This document shows positions 37,805 to 48,226 of a DNA stretch of 64,000 nt, piece after piece (the first letter of the stretch is position 1; each line of letters opens with the position of its first letter). Source of the stretch: Candidatus Poribacteria bacterium (GTDB lineage: Bacteria > Poribacteria > WGA-4E > PCPOR2b); the NCBI GenBank assembly GCA_965208325.1, contig OZ242326.1, positions 4,288,001 to 4,352,000 on the forward strand. The letters are read 5' to 3'. A program made the translations under genes and the position numbers. The notes under the pieces were generated by a model. It saw only the letters and a program-made list of their open reading frames with translations. It was not told where the DNA came from and searched no databases.

Positions 37805-38758
37805 ATGACAAACTTTAGAGTAAATTATCTGTATGTTTTTATTGTCTACCTGTCCTCGATATTGATTGCCGGTTGCAGCACAACCAAATTAACTGTCAAC
37901 CAAACAGTGAAGGTTTTTGCAAAAGCCTCCAAAACCTACGACAAGGAAGCTGACCTAATGCTTGCGGATGCCGGCATCAGGTCGAACCTCAAGACTTTCG
38001 AGGGACTGCGGGAGATTGTGCCTGAAAATCAGCGGCTGATGACGCTTACGGCGAGATCATTCGCCTCGTATGCATTTGGCTTTGTTGAAGACAAGATGGA
38101 AGCTGCAGCGGCAGTTGGCGACTTTCAAACTGAATCTGAAATGCGTGCGCGCGCGATCGATTATTATGGACGCAGCAAACGCTCTGGTTTGAGGGCTTTG
38201 TCGAAAGTGAATTCAAAATTTCCGGATGCATTGGACGGTGCGCCGGAGAAGTTGGAACGCGCGTTAAAGGGCTTCAAGAAAAAACACGTGCCGGCGCTAT
38301 TCTGGACGGCGTATGCATGGGGTAGGTCGATAAATCTGCAGCAGGACAATCCGATGCTGCTCGTCGATCTTGCCAACGTCGAGATGATGATGCGCCGCGT
38401 TATCGAACTTGATGAATCCTTTTATTTCGGCGGCGCGCATCTGTTTTTCAGCGCTTACTACGGCAGCCGTTCGCCGCAGTTGGGAGGAAACCCGGAGAAA
38501 GTGAAGCAACATCTGCAAAAGGTGGACGAAATCAACAATGGCAAATTTCAGTTTAGCAAGTTGTTTCTCGCCCGCTATTACGCTTATCCCCTTCAGGATA
38601 GGGCACTTTACGAACAGACGCTGCAAGAGATTGTTGATGCGCCGATTGACGTGTTCCCGGAACATCGAATTTCTACCGCGATTGCTAAAGCGCGCGCCAA
38701 GCGTTGGCTTGCCCAGACTGACGATGTGTTTGGTGAAGCAGATGCCCGCGATGAGTAA
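37805..38758 (+). CDS. TRAP transporter TatT component (TPR lipoprotein)
   Basis: IAGC lipobox; YAFGFVED, VPALFWTAYAWG, ELDESFYFGGAH, LGGNPEK; directly upstream of dctPQM. Confidence 0.85.
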   Translation: MTNFRVNYLYVFIVYLSSILIAGCSTTKLTVNQTVKVFAKASKTYDKEADLMLADAGIRSNLKTFEGLREIVPENQRLMTLTARSFASYAFGFVEDKMEAAAAVGDFQTESEMRARAIDYYGRSKRSGLRALSKVNSKFPDALDGAPEKLERALKGFKKKHVPALFWTAYAWGRSINLQQDNPMLLVDLANVEMMMRRVIELDESFYFGGAHLFFSAYYGSRSPQLGGNPEKVKQHLQKVDEINNGKFQFSKLFLARYYAYPLQDRALYEQTLQEIVDAPIDVFPEHRISTAIAKARAKRWLAQTDDVFGEADARDE

Positions 38759-38882
38759 CATTCAGTAAATTGCGTTGGAGCGTGATTAGTGTCGGGTTGA
38801 GATTGTTGACGCGCATTTTACGATTCACGCATGTTTCGCGGCACCTGCTAGATTTATTAGGTTTATCAGATTGGAGACACGA

Positions 38883-39899
38883 ATGACTCGCTTCACACTA
38901 ATTTGCCTTATTATTTTTATATATGCCAACCTTCTCATTTTACCCGCCGCTAGCGGTGAAGAGACCATTAAATTGGCTACGCTCGCCCCCAAAAACTCGT
39001 CGTGGATGAAAATCTTTTATGCCATGGGGAAGGAAATCGAGGAAAAAAGCGGTAGAAAAGTAAAGATTCGATTTTATCCGGATGGGGTGCAGGGCGATGA
39101 GATTGATGTGATTCGTAAAATGCGCGCGGGACTGCTTCATGCCGGTGCGATGACCGATGTCGGATTAGGTGAGATTCATAAACCTGTGCTTATTTTTCAA
39201 ACATTCCGCATGTTTAATAGCTATGCCGAACTCGACTACGTGCGCAATCAACTGCGGGACGGACTTGAACAAGCGTTCGATGAGGCGGGCTATGTCCTGC
39301 TGGGATGGGGGGATATCGGTTACTACTATATTTTCAGCAATCATCCGATAAAGACCATCGAAGATCTCCGCAATCCAAACGTCAAGGTGTGGGTACGCAC
39401 AGGCGATCCGGTCTCGGAACACTTCTACAAGACTATTGATTTCATCGGCGTTCCAGTATCAGTACCGCAGGTGTTGTTATCATTGCAAACCGGGCAAATC
39501 AACGCGCTGCTTGTTTCGCCGTTGGCGTGCGTTGCGCTGCAGTGGTACCCAAAACTGAAGTACATGTCCGACATGCCAATTAGAATAGGAATCGGCGCAA
39601 CGCTAATCACAAAAGAGAGATACAATCAATTGCCTGCCGAAGCACAGAATATTCTCCGCGATACGGCGCGGGAATATCACCAGAAACTCATCCAGCGCGT
39701 CCGCGAGGACAACGATAAATCGGTCGAGGCGCTGACAAAGAAAGCGGGCATCCAGATTGTGAGAGTTAGCGAGGCAGAGCGGGAGAAGTGGAATACCCGA
39801 TGCTCCCAAATGCGCGATGATCTTGCGGGAAATATATATCCGCAGCCGCTGCTTGAACAGGTGGACGCATTATTGGAAGCGTATCGCGCAGGTCAATAA
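38883..39899 (+). CDS. dctP: TRAP transporter substrate-binding protein (DctP/TatP)
   Basis: IKLATLAPKNSSW, YPDGVQGDE.DVIRKMRAG, LGWGDIG, LQTGQI; signal peptide. Confidence 0.9.
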   Translation: MTRFTLICLIIFIYANLLILPAASGEETIKLATLAPKNSSWMKIFYAMGKEIEEKSGRKVKIRFYPDGVQGDEIDVIRKMRAGLLHAGAMTDVGLGEIHKPVLIFQTFRMFNSYAELDYVRNQLRDGLEQAFDEAGYVLLGWGDIGYYYIFSNHPIKTIEDLRNPNVKVWVRTGDPVSEHFYKTIDFIGVPVSVPQVLLSLQTGQINALLVSPLACVALQWYPKLKYMSDMPIRIGIGATLITKERYNQLPAEAQNILRDTAREYHQKLIQRVREDNDKSVEALTKKAGIQIVRVSEAEREKWNTRCSQMRDDLAGNIYPQPLLEQVDALLEAYRAGQ

Positions 39900-39936
39900 C
39901 AAGTTCAACACTAGCCAATCGGCTGAGATTTTCAGA

Positions 39937-40443
39937 TTGAACGCCGTCAAACGAATCAATACCCTCCTTGGAAACATCGAAACTGCGTTGCTATGCCTGA
40001 TTATCCTTTCAATCGTTGGATTGGGGATTCTGAAGATTTTTCTGCGGTATGTTTTTCAGATTAGCCTCCTGTGGAACCAAGTTGTATTGCAGCATTTCAT
40101 ATTGTGGTTAGCGTTCTTGGGGGCATCGCTCGCCACATGCGAAAACCGCCACATTAGTATTGATGTCCTCACCCGATACCTTCCGAAGCGCCTCGTCCAA
40201 TTTACCAATATCCTCGTTCATTTCGTCAGCTTTTTTATTGTCTCCATCCTCGCCTATACCGGTTTCGAATTCATCCGTGATGAGCAGGCGAGCAGCGCAA
40301 CGCTCGCGGGCGCCATACCAATTTGGTGGGCGAAGCTCATCATCCCGATTGGGTTTGTATTAATAGCACTTCACTTTGCTCTCCACACCGTCATGGAGAT
40401 TATGAGCAAGACAAAAGGGGAAGTCGCATCATGGGAGCGTTGA
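39937..40443 (+). CDS. dctQ: TRAP transporter small permease
   Basis: 4 TM helices; LWLAFLGASLAT.ENRHISID; TTG start inferred. Confidence 0.88.
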   Translation: MNAVKRINTLLGNIETALLCLIILSIVGLGILKIFLRYVFQISLLWNQVVLQHFILWLAFLGASLATCENRHISIDVLTRYLPKRLVQFTNILVHFVSFFIVSILAYTGFEFIRDEQASSATLAGAIPIWWAKLIIPIGFVLIALHFALHTVMEIMSKTKGEVASWER

Positions 40444-41723
40444 TTGGGGCCGGCTTGGGCTTGTTCGCGCTCTTCGGCGGCGCGTTGTTTGTCCTGCTCG
40501 GCGGGTTGGCGATCCTCGGATATGCTGCGTCGGGAGATCCAATCAGCAGCATCATTATTGATCTTAATCGACTCGCGCGAAATTCGACCATCATGACAAT
40601 CCCGCTGTTCACTTTCGCCGGCTACGTGATGGCGGAGAGTAACGCACCCAAGCGCCTCATTGCTCTGGCACAAACAAGTGTCGGTTGGCTGCCCGGCGGT
40701 GTTGCCATGGTTGTGTTGGTAACATGCGCGTTTTTCACCACGTTCACTGGGGCTTCAGGGGTGACAATCGTCGCGCTGGGAGGGTTGCTTTATCCAATCC
40801 TTCGGCAGCATTATACTGAACGGTTCTCACTGGGCATAATTACAACCTCGGGCAGCCTCGGACTGCTTTTCCCGCCGAGTATCCCGCTTATCCTCTATGC
40901 AATCATCGCCCAGGTGCCGATCGATTTGATGTTCTGCGCTGGGATTATCCCCGGATTTCTCCTAATTCTGATTCTTGGCGGCTACTGTTCCGGATGGAGT
41001 ATATTCAAAAGGGTCGAACATACGCCATTTGATTTGCGTGCATTTGGAAGGGCGCTTCGGAATGCTTTGGGTGAGGTACTACTACCGTTCATTGTGCTCG
41101 GTTGCATTATATCGGGTATTGTCACAATTGATGAAGCGGCTGCATTGACCGCAATTTACCTGTTGATTGTCGAGATGGTTATCCATCGCGACATTAGTGT
41201 AAGGCAGTTGCCGAAAATTGTACGGGAGAGCATGCTGCTCGTCGGCGCCATTTTGATCATTCTCGGCATCGCGCTTGGACTGACAAATTATCTGGTCACA
41301 ATTGAATTGCCAAGTATTGCACTAGACTGGATTCAAGGGCAGACACAAAACAAAATTGTCACACTGATCGGGCTCAATCTTTTTTTGCTAGCTGTGGGAT
41401 GCCTGATGGACATTTTCTCCGCAATTGTAATCATTGTTCCCCTGCTGATTCCGATTGCGGAGGGGTTCGGGATAGACAAGGCGCACCTTGGAATCATCGT
41501 GCTGACGAATCTGGAGATTGGCTACCTCACACCGCCCGTTGGTATGAATCTTTTCATCTCAAGCCTCAAGTTTGAAAAATCCGTTATTTCGCTGTACCGA
41601 TCTGTGTTGTTGTTTATCGGGTTGCTGCTATTCGCGCTGGTGATCGTCACCTACGTCCCCGAGTTGAGCTTGTGGCTGCCGCGGGTACTGGGAAAAACGT
41701 CCACACCGCTGTTAATCGAATAG
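40431..41723 (+). CDS. dctM: TRAP transporter large permease
   Basis: TIPLFTFAGY, FTGASGVT, GLLFPPSIP, IGYLTPPVGMNLF. Confidence 0.93.
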   Translation: MGALIGAGLGLFALFGGALFVLLGGLAILGYAASGDPISSIIIDLNRLARNSTIMTIPLFTFAGYVMAESNAPKRLIALAQTSVGWLPGGVAMVVLVTCAFFTTFTGASGVTIVALGGLLYPILRQHYTERFSLGIITTSGSLGLLFPPSIPLILYAIIAQVPIDLMFCAGIIPGFLLILILGGYCSGWSIFKRVEHTPFDLRAFGRALRNALGEVLLPFIVLGCIISGIVTIDEAAALTAIYLLIVEMVIHRDISVRQLPKIVRESMLLVGAILIILGIALGLTNYLVTIELPSIALDWIQGQTQNKIVTLIGLNLFLLAVGCLMDIFSAIVIIVPLLIPIAEGFGIDKAHLGIIVLTNLEIGYLTPPVGMNLFISSLKFEKSVISLYRSVLLFIGLLLFALVIVTYVPELSLWLPRVLGKTSTPLLIE

Positions 41724-41743
41724 CTTTCAATACATTGCAATTC

Positions 41744-43054
41744 TCAACTGGATTCTGCGGGCGAGTCTTTCAAAATGTATTTGGGAGCTAGGGCGGTTAG
41801 CGTCAAGCCGCGCGCGACAGAATACAGTGTCAGCGCCAACCAAAGGCCGTGGTTTCCGAGCGGTTTGAGCAAGAAATATGCTGGCAAGAAGACGACGAAT
41901 GTTGATGCAATCATTGCGTTTCGCAGCGGTTTTGAAGCGGTCGCGCCGATGAATATTCCATCCCAGAGGTATGCCACGGCATTAATGATTGGAGTAAGGG
42001 CGACCCAAATCAAATATGGGAACGCACGTTTCACAATATCAAACTTGTTTGTAAAGACAAACAGCAACGGCTGACCGAGCAATCCGTAAATCAGGCTGAA
42101 TACCCCCGCCAGGCCTATTCCCCAGATAAATACATGCCGCACCGCTAATCTTAAGTTGCGGATGTCGAAGGCGCCCTTGTATTTACCGATAATGCTTTCC
42201 GCCGCAAAAGCGAAACCATCAATGGCATAAGCCAGAAAATAAATGTACTGTAGAAGGATGGTGTTGACCGCTAGAATGGTATCGCTCACAGCAGCCGATT
42301 TCGCGGTGAAAAACGTATGGGAGAAAACTAGGCATAACGTTCGTATGAATATATCGCCGCTAATTGCGAAGAACCGTTTCAAATCGGGTAGATGCAGTGC
42401 CTCTTTCACGTGCCACCCATCCAACAGATCTCCATGCTTTCTGACGAATAGAACTGCGGCACACACAAGTCCAAGATATTGAGCGATAACCGTTCCCAAT
42501 GCGACGCCGTTCGATTTCAACCCCATCGCCTTCACGAAGAACAGGTTTAGTCCGATGTTCAGAAGGTTCATCAGCACCGTGAGTATCATCGGATAACCCG
42601 CATTCTGGACACCCAAAAACCATCCGTGAAACACAAAAATACTCAGCGCTGCCGGGGCGGCGTAGATACGGATTAAAAAATACTGGCGGGCCAATTGTTC
42701 AACTTCGGTACTGGCATCAATGAGATAGAAACTGATATTTGCGATGAGCGACTGAGTTAGGATTAGTGAAACGCTCACGGCAACCGCAACCAACAGGCCT
42801 CTCGTAAGAATCAGGATGCTTTCTCTGTGGTTATTCGCGCCGTGGGCTTGTGCTGTAAGTCCAGTTGTGCTCATTCTGAGGAATCCAAATCCCCAGTACA
42901 ACATGTTAAAAATGGCTGCCCCGATGGCAACTGCACCCAAATGCCGCTCTGATTCTAGCCGCCCCATCAACGCGATGTCAACGGCGCCCAAGATGGGAAC
43001 GGACAAGTTGCTGATGATATTGGGTACAGCCAGTCGAATAATCTGCTTGTTCAT
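41744..43054 (-). CDS. MATE family efflux transporter (DinF-like)
   Basis: LAVPNIISNLSVPILGAVD, FGFLRMSTTGLTAQA, AIDGFAFAAE. Confidence 0.92.
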   Translation of the reverse strand: MNKQIIRLAVPNIISNLSVPILGAVDIALMGRLESERHLGAVAIGAAIFNMLYWGFGFLRMSTTGLTAQAHGANNHRESILILTRGLLVAVAVSVSLILTQSLIANISFYLIDASTEVEQLARQYFLIRIYAAPAALSIFVFHGWFLGVQNAGYPMILTVLMNLLNIGLNLFFVKAMGLKSNGVALGTVIAQYLGLVCAAVLFVRKHGDLLDGWHVKEALHLPDLKRFFAISGDIFIRTLCLVFSHTFFTAKSAAVSDTILAVNTILLQYIYFLAYAIDGFAFAAESIIGKYKGAFDIRNLRLAVRHVFIWGIGLAGVFSLIYGLLGQPLLFVFTNKFDIVKRAFPYLIWVALTPIINAVAYLWDGIFIGATASKPLRNAMIASTFVVFLPAYFLLKPLGNHGLWLALTLYSVARGLTLTALAPKYILKDSPAESS

Positions 43055-43140
43055 TTCATGATGCTGATAGTTGCAAAGGGGTAGCCGTAGTTAAGATGTA
43101 AGTTCCTGGGGATAAGCTGGCAGCCGCACGTTCGCAAATT

Positions 43141-43746
43141 TCAACAAAATTTTTTGGCTGCGAGTATTCCGTATTCTACATTGTACACCTTTGTTTTCCA
43201 ATCCGATGAAGCCTCCAGATACGGTTTTAGTAATCTTCCCTTGTCCCCCCACAATACATCATCAACGATAATTATGGCGTGCTCGCCGAAGAGATTTTCA
43301 ACAGCTTTGAACTCCTTCCAGATATGATCGCCATCGTTGACAGAATCAAACAAAGCGAAGTGAATTGCCTCGAAGGCATGCCCTTCAACCATATTTGTCA
43401 AGTTTTCAACCGAATCGCCTTCAACGTAGTTAATGTGCTGGTTATAGTCCACACACAATTCTTGACAGACCGCAATGTGTTCGCTGCTAATCTCGAATGT
43501 GTAGAAATCACCCCGCCCCACTAACACCGAAGAGATGGCTAAAGTGCTTTCAGTGCCTTCGTTGGCATCCCGAATACAGCCAGTTTCAATGATAATCGGA
43601 TGAGGTGTACTGTCAAGCACTTCTAACAAATATCTCTCAAGAATTGCCCTGTGCGCCCGCATATGCTGCCGAAACCCTAGTTTGTAAAGAATGAGATGCA
43701 GCGCTTTCCACGCTTTGTTTGCCAATCGACTTTTGCTGATTGACAT
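43141..43746 (-). CDS. Class I SAM-dependent methyltransferase-like protein
   Basis: IIETGC..., GDSV, FALFDS, IIIVDD pattern (Methyltransf_24-like). Confidence 0.7.
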   Translation of the reverse strand: MSISKSRLANKAWKALHLILYKLGFRQHMRAHRAILERYLLEVLDSTPHPIIIETGCIRDANEGTESTLAISSVLVGRGDFYTFEISSEHIAVCQELCVDYNQHINYVEGDSVENLTNMVEGHAFEAIHFALFDSVNDGDHIWKEFKAVENLFGEHAIIIVDDVLWGDKGRLLKPYLEASSDWKTKVYNVEYGILAAKKFC

Positions 43747-43805
43747 ATTTTGAGTCTCCTCTTTGGGGCGTTATATCGCCCGACCTGAAATCGTTCCGGC
43801 GCTTC

Positions 43806-45518
43806 TTATTTGATTGCTGTAATTCGATTGTTCGTCCGCTTGACAGCCGCTTTAATGATAACAAAAGAGATTAATAGGACGATAAGCAGGACCCCGGTTA
43901 TTCCTTTCATGAAGGCATAGGCTTGCTGCTTTTTGACATAATTTAGGGTAGCTTGCACCTCTTCATTATTGGCGTCTAGGGTTAGCACGGCTTTAAGGTG
44001 TATTGCTGATTTCTTGAAATTCCGATTCTTGAGGTAGACGTGCCCCAAACTGTTATGCGTTTGAGCGTTCTTCGGGTTCAACTCTAGCAGTTTTTGATAT
44101 GTTAGAATCGCGCCGTCTAAATCGTCGGCTATGCTCTTTTGCCAGCCGGTTTGTGTCAAGGCTGCTTCCAGATTTTGGCTGGCATGCCAACTATCCGGGT
44201 GGTACTCCAACGCGCGTTCATAGCACCGTATTGCGCTCGGCCAATCTTCGACCCGCGCCTGTTGTGCGCCCAGATTATTCAATGTTGTTGCAATTCCCGC
44301 GCGCACGGCTGGGGCCTGAGAATCAATCTCCAATGCGCGGAGATAAATTTCCAATGCCTTTCGATAATCTCCCGCCGCATCGTAGGTAACGGCGAGATCC
44401 TGCAGCAGGATATTGGAGAATGGATAGCGCGTAAGCCCGTCATTCAGGCGGTTGATTGCCGGTGAAAACTGCTTTGCCTGCAGTAATTGAATTCCCCACC
44501 GGTGGTAAGTTGCCAAGAGGTTATTGTTCAGTTCGGACGAATCGGGATTAAGCCGTAATGCACGCTGAAAGAAGTGCACTGCCTCACTGAACTGGCCTTG
44601 AAGCACCGAAATGCTGCCGAGCGCTCCAAACACTTCAGCAGTTGGTTTTGTGCGTGACGCCATTCTGTAATGTGAAATCGCCAAGTTGTACATCCCCTTG
44701 GACTGAAAGATTTGAGCGAGTTGAACTGCAGAATTATGGAAGGATGGATTAATCTCAAGGGCTTTTTGAAACGCATTGATGGCTTCGTGATAATCGCCGA
44801 GATCGGCGTGCACCATGCCGAGTGCGTAATAGGTGCCGGCAGTGGACGGCGATGTTTTGATTTCATCTTGAAGCACTCTGATAGCTTGGCTGTGAAAGGG
44901 TGTTTTTACGGGTGTTTCCCGCACCTTCATCCATGTCGCCGAATCTCGTGTTGTCGGCTTTTGAGCAGTCGCAGCGAAATACATCACATCATTTGGGTTA
45001 TCGCTGTGTCCCCACAGTCCGATGGCGTGCCCAATCTCGTGCAGCATCACGGCTTGAATCACGTTCGGCGTGAGTAATTCCAACTTTGTGTCGTTCTGTA
45101 GAATTATCTCAATTTCGACATGAAATCCGTTCGCGTTTCGAATCAAAACCGCCTCACCGATATTCTTATACATCCCGGCTCGACTTCGCTGATGTACCCA
45201 CTTGATACGAATATCTGCCGCCGCCGGCGTTGGCGAAGTCTGAAACTGTAAATGCCCGTTGGTTGCCTTATGCCATAAGTCTAGAGATTGATTCAGCGCA
45301 TGACGGTAAACCGCTGCTGTATCCGGCGCAAGTGGAATCGCTTCCGTATAGACTGATATTGATGCCCGGTCAAACCGAGTCAGACGCCCATTGGAAGCGG
45401 TGGTAATCCGATCAAAATAGTCATCCGCACCGACAGCATTTCCAATGAGAATATACACAACAGATACAATTAGTCCTAAAATCCGCGATTCCTGAATTTC
45501 GTAAAAACGGTTTGCCAT
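43806..45518 (-). CDS. Exported matrixin-like (metzincin) metallopeptidase with TPR array and C-terminal TM
   Basis: HEIGHAIGLWGHS..PNDVMY (HExxHxxGxxxH plus Met-turn); multiple TPRs; signal peptide and terminal hydrophobic helix. Confidence 0.88.
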   Translation of the reverse strand: MANRFYEIQESRILGLIVSVVYILIGNAVGADDYFDRITTASNGRLTRFDRASISVYTEAIPLAPDTAAVYRHALNQSLDLWHKATNGHLQFQTSPTPAAADIRIKWVHQRSRAGMYKNIGEAVLIRNANGFHVEIEIILQNDTKLELLTPNVIQAVMLHEIGHAIGLWGHSDNPNDVMYFAATAQKPTTRDSATWMKVRETPVKTPFHSQAIRVLQDEIKTSPSTAGTYYALGMVHADLGDYHEAINAFQKALEINPSFHNSAVQLAQIFQSKGMYNLAISHYRMASRTKPTAEVFGALGSISVLQGQFSEAVHFFQRALRLNPDSSELNNNLLATYHRWGIQLLQAKQFSPAINRLNDGLTRYPFSNILLQDLAVTYDAAGDYRKALEIYLRALEIDSQAPAVRAGIATTLNNLGAQQARVEDWPSAIRCYERALEYHPDSWHASQNLEAALTQTGWQKSIADDLDGAILTYQKLLELNPKNAQTHNSLGHVYLKNRNFKKSAIHLKAVLTLDANNEEVQATLNYVKKQQAYAFMKGITGVLLIVLLISFVIIKAAVKRTNNRITAIK

Positions 45519-45698
45519 AGCTTGGACTTTCGCGCGCCTTAGCGTTTTTGCATTTCGCCTCTCTGTCTTCTGGGTTTTACACTTGTTGACTCCCCGCCGC
45601 AGTTGCCCGTTGTCAGCCGTACACCATCAATCAGTGAAATGCAATGGTATCACTTTGATTCGTCCTTTGTCAATTGTCTTTCATTAGCCAGAAATGGA

Positions 45699-45727
45699 TT
45701 GACAGCGGATTGGCTCATTGCTATAAT
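45699..45727 (+). promoter_or_regulatory. sigma70 promoter
   Basis: TTGACA, 17 bp, TGc-TATAAT. Confidence 0.7.
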
Positions 45728-45884
45728 GCAAATTCTTGAGTGGGTGAGTAGTGAGAATCAGGAAACGGTCTGAAATGGCTACTGGTGCCTTCGCTTTACA
45801 AAAACCACCGGTACGGCGTGTTTTGCAGCGGGTGCGAGATTATACGAAAACAAGCGTGGGACGTGAGGTTAGAACGATAACGCT

Positions 45885-46847
45885 ATGAAAATTTTAGTGC
45901 GCTTGTCTCTTGTTGATAATTTCCGGCACTTGGTTCGGGACGCTGCTGGCGATAATACTGTTGTGTTTGCAAATTCAGACGAAGACTCGCTTCATATCGA
46001 AGGCGTCGACGCGGAAGTCTATTGCGGGAATTGCAGTGAAGCGGAATTTCAACATCTGCCCAATGTGAAGTGGATGCAGTTCGGCAGTGCGGGGATGGAT
46101 GCCTTTCTGTATCCTGCACTCCGGGACAGCGATGTTATCGTAACAAATGGCGCGGGATTGTACGGACCAGAAGGCGCAGAACACGCGTTCGCGCTGCTGC
46201 TCAGTTTGACGCGGGGAATTCATCACTGCGCACGTAATCAGACCAATCCCCCCGCTGACAGTCCATCATTTCAATCCGGCAGAGCGTGGGGGACGGAAAT
46301 TAACGGCTGGACGCTTGGGGTTATTGGTATAGGCGGGTTTGGGCTAAACATGGCAAGGATCGGCAAGGGCTTTAACATGCACGTCATTGCCGTAGATGCG
46401 TACCGCACCGATAAACCGGACGCTGTCGATGAACTAACCCCGTTGGGCGGGCTTTCAGACTTGATGCGCAGCGCCGATGTGGTGATGACTGCTTGCCCGC
46501 TGACGGCGGAGACGTACCATTTGATTAATGCGGACAACTTAGCGTTGATGAAACCAACGGCTTATGTAATCAATGTCACTCGGGGCGGGGTAATCGACGA
46601 GTCTGCCCTTATTGAAGCCCTTAAAGCGGGTAAGATTGCCGGTGCGGGGCTAGACGTTGTTGAAATTGAGCCGCTAGCTGAAGACAGCCCGCTTCGAAAT
46701 ATGGATAATGTCGTTCTTTCTCCGCACTGGGCTGGAATTTCGCAACAATCGCCGCATCGGTTCGCCGCGTTGTTTTGCGAGAATCTGAGGCGGTATTTGA
46801 ACGGTGAACCGTTGAAAAACGTCGTAGATAAACAGCTCGGCTTTTAG
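45885..46847 (+). CDS. D-2-hydroxyacid dehydrogenase
   Basis: GIGGFG, INVTRGGVIDE, AGLDVVEIEPL, SPHWAG. Confidence 0.93.
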   Translation: MKILVRLSLVDNFRHLVRDAAGDNTVVFANSDEDSLHIEGVDAEVYCGNCSEAEFQHLPNVKWMQFGSAGMDAFLYPALRDSDVIVTNGAGLYGPEGAEHAFALLLSLTRGIHHCARNQTNPPADSPSFQSGRAWGTEINGWTLGVIGIGGFGLNMARIGKGFNMHVIAVDAYRTDKPDAVDELTPLGGLSDLMRSADVVMTACPLTAETYHLINADNLALMKPTAYVINVTRGGVIDESALIEALKAGKIAGAGLDVVEIEPLAEDSPLRNMDNVVLSPHWAGISQQSPHRFAALFCENLRRYLNGEPLKNVVDKQLGF

Positions 46848-47110
46848 AAATAACCCGCAGGATATTCACCCTTGTGCACCGCCCGCCTACCGCCCTCTTA
46901 CCCCGACCTACAGGCGCTTCCACCATGGCTGTAAATTTCCAGAGTTTTAGCAGTTTAGAAGTATTTTCCAATCGGGGATCCAAAAATTTGCTATTGAAAT
47001 CCTACCTTGACAAATAGCTACTACACACCCAGTGTGTCAATCATTGAGTTTGAAAAATGTATGATAAATTTTGGAAATAAAAAAAATTAATTTGATGAGG
47101 AGAAAATCGC

Positions 47111-48178
47111 ATGGCAGAGATGAAAGTAAAACCCCAGCGTGTAAAAGACTTCTGCGTGTGCGCCTTAGAAAAGGCCGGGATGGCATCCGACGACGCTCGA
47201 ATAGCTGCAGAGGTGCTTGTTACCGCAGACATGCGGGGAACCGCAACGCACGGCACCATCGGATTAAGAGGGTATATCAGGCAGATACGGGAAGGCGGAA
47301 TGAACCCCAAAGCCAATATCGAAATTGTTCGCGAGGGGCAGACATGGGCGGTTGTAGACGGGCACGCTGGATTGGGCGTGGTGACATCGTTCAAGGCGGC
47401 GCAGCTCGCAATAGCCAAAGCAAAATCAAATACTGTTGGCATGGTTTGGGTCAAAAACAGCAACCACTTCGCGGCAGCCGGGTATTACGCCATGATGTGC
47501 GCTGAAGCGGACATGATTGGATTGGCGATGACAAACGCAGACATTTCGCTCAGCGCTCCGGGTTCCGCGGGCCGGGTCATCGGAAATAACGCGTTTGCTT
47601 ACGGAGCGCCGGCGGGAGCGGCGCCCCCGGTCAATCTGGATATTGCGATGGGTGTGGTCGCCGGCGGCAAGGTGCACGCCGCGGCGAGAGAGGGAAGAAG
47701 TATTCCAATGGGGTGGGCAATTGACAGTCAGGGGGTGCCTGCCACTGACCCCAAAAAGTATGAGGAGGAAGGCGGCGCAACGGTTCCCTTGGCGGCGCAT
47801 AAGGGTTTTGGACTGGCGCTGCTGATCGAAATACTCGCCGGCGTCATGACGGGCGGAGGGATACGGACGGAATTGAAATCCTACGCCCATAATCCCGAAA
47901 GCCCAAGCGGCATAGGGCATTTCTTTATGGCTATCGACATTGGAACCATCATGCCGATTGAGGAATTCAGAGTCCGCATGGATGGCTTGATAACCGGAAT
48001 TAGCTCGTCGCCCAAAGCGCAGGGGGTGGACCGCATTTATCTGCCGGGTGAAATGGAATATGAACGGGAAGAAAAAACGAATACAGAGGGATTCGTTCTT
48101 GATGACGGCGCATTGAACAATCTCAAAGGGTTGGCACAGGATTTGGGGTTGGAAGACGAAGGATTCTGGCATCAATAG
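47111..48178 (+). CDS. Ldh_2-family (AllD/ComC/YiaK-like) oxidoreductase
   Basis: ADMRGTATHG, SNHFAAAGYY, LDIA, HKGFGLALLIE, YLPGEME. Confidence 0.92.
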   Translation: MAEMKVKPQRVKDFCVCALEKAGMASDDARIAAEVLVTADMRGTATHGTIGLRGYIRQIREGGMNPKANIEIVREGQTWAVVDGHAGLGVVTSFKAAQLAIAKAKSNTVGMVWVKNSNHFAAAGYYAMMCAEADMIGLAMTNADISLSAPGSAGRVIGNNAFAYGAPAGAAPPVNLDIAMGVVAGGKVHAAAREGRSIPMGWAIDSQGVPATDPKKYEEEGGATVPLAAHKGFGLALLIEILAGVMTGGGIRTELKSYAHNPESPSGIGHFFMAIDIGTIMPIEEFRVRMDGLITGISSSPKAQGVDRIYLPGEMEYEREEKTNTEGFVLDDGALNNLKGLAQDLGLEDEGFWHQ

Positions 48179-48226
48179 GCAAGAATTTAATTCGCACCGC
48201 GAGTAAACAGTAAAGAGGGCTGTATT

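Noticed and set aside
46876..46912. Partial GTAG REP (minus strand GTAGGTCGGGGTAAG) between the dehydrogenases
   Set aside because: No complementary arm, so too incomplete to call.
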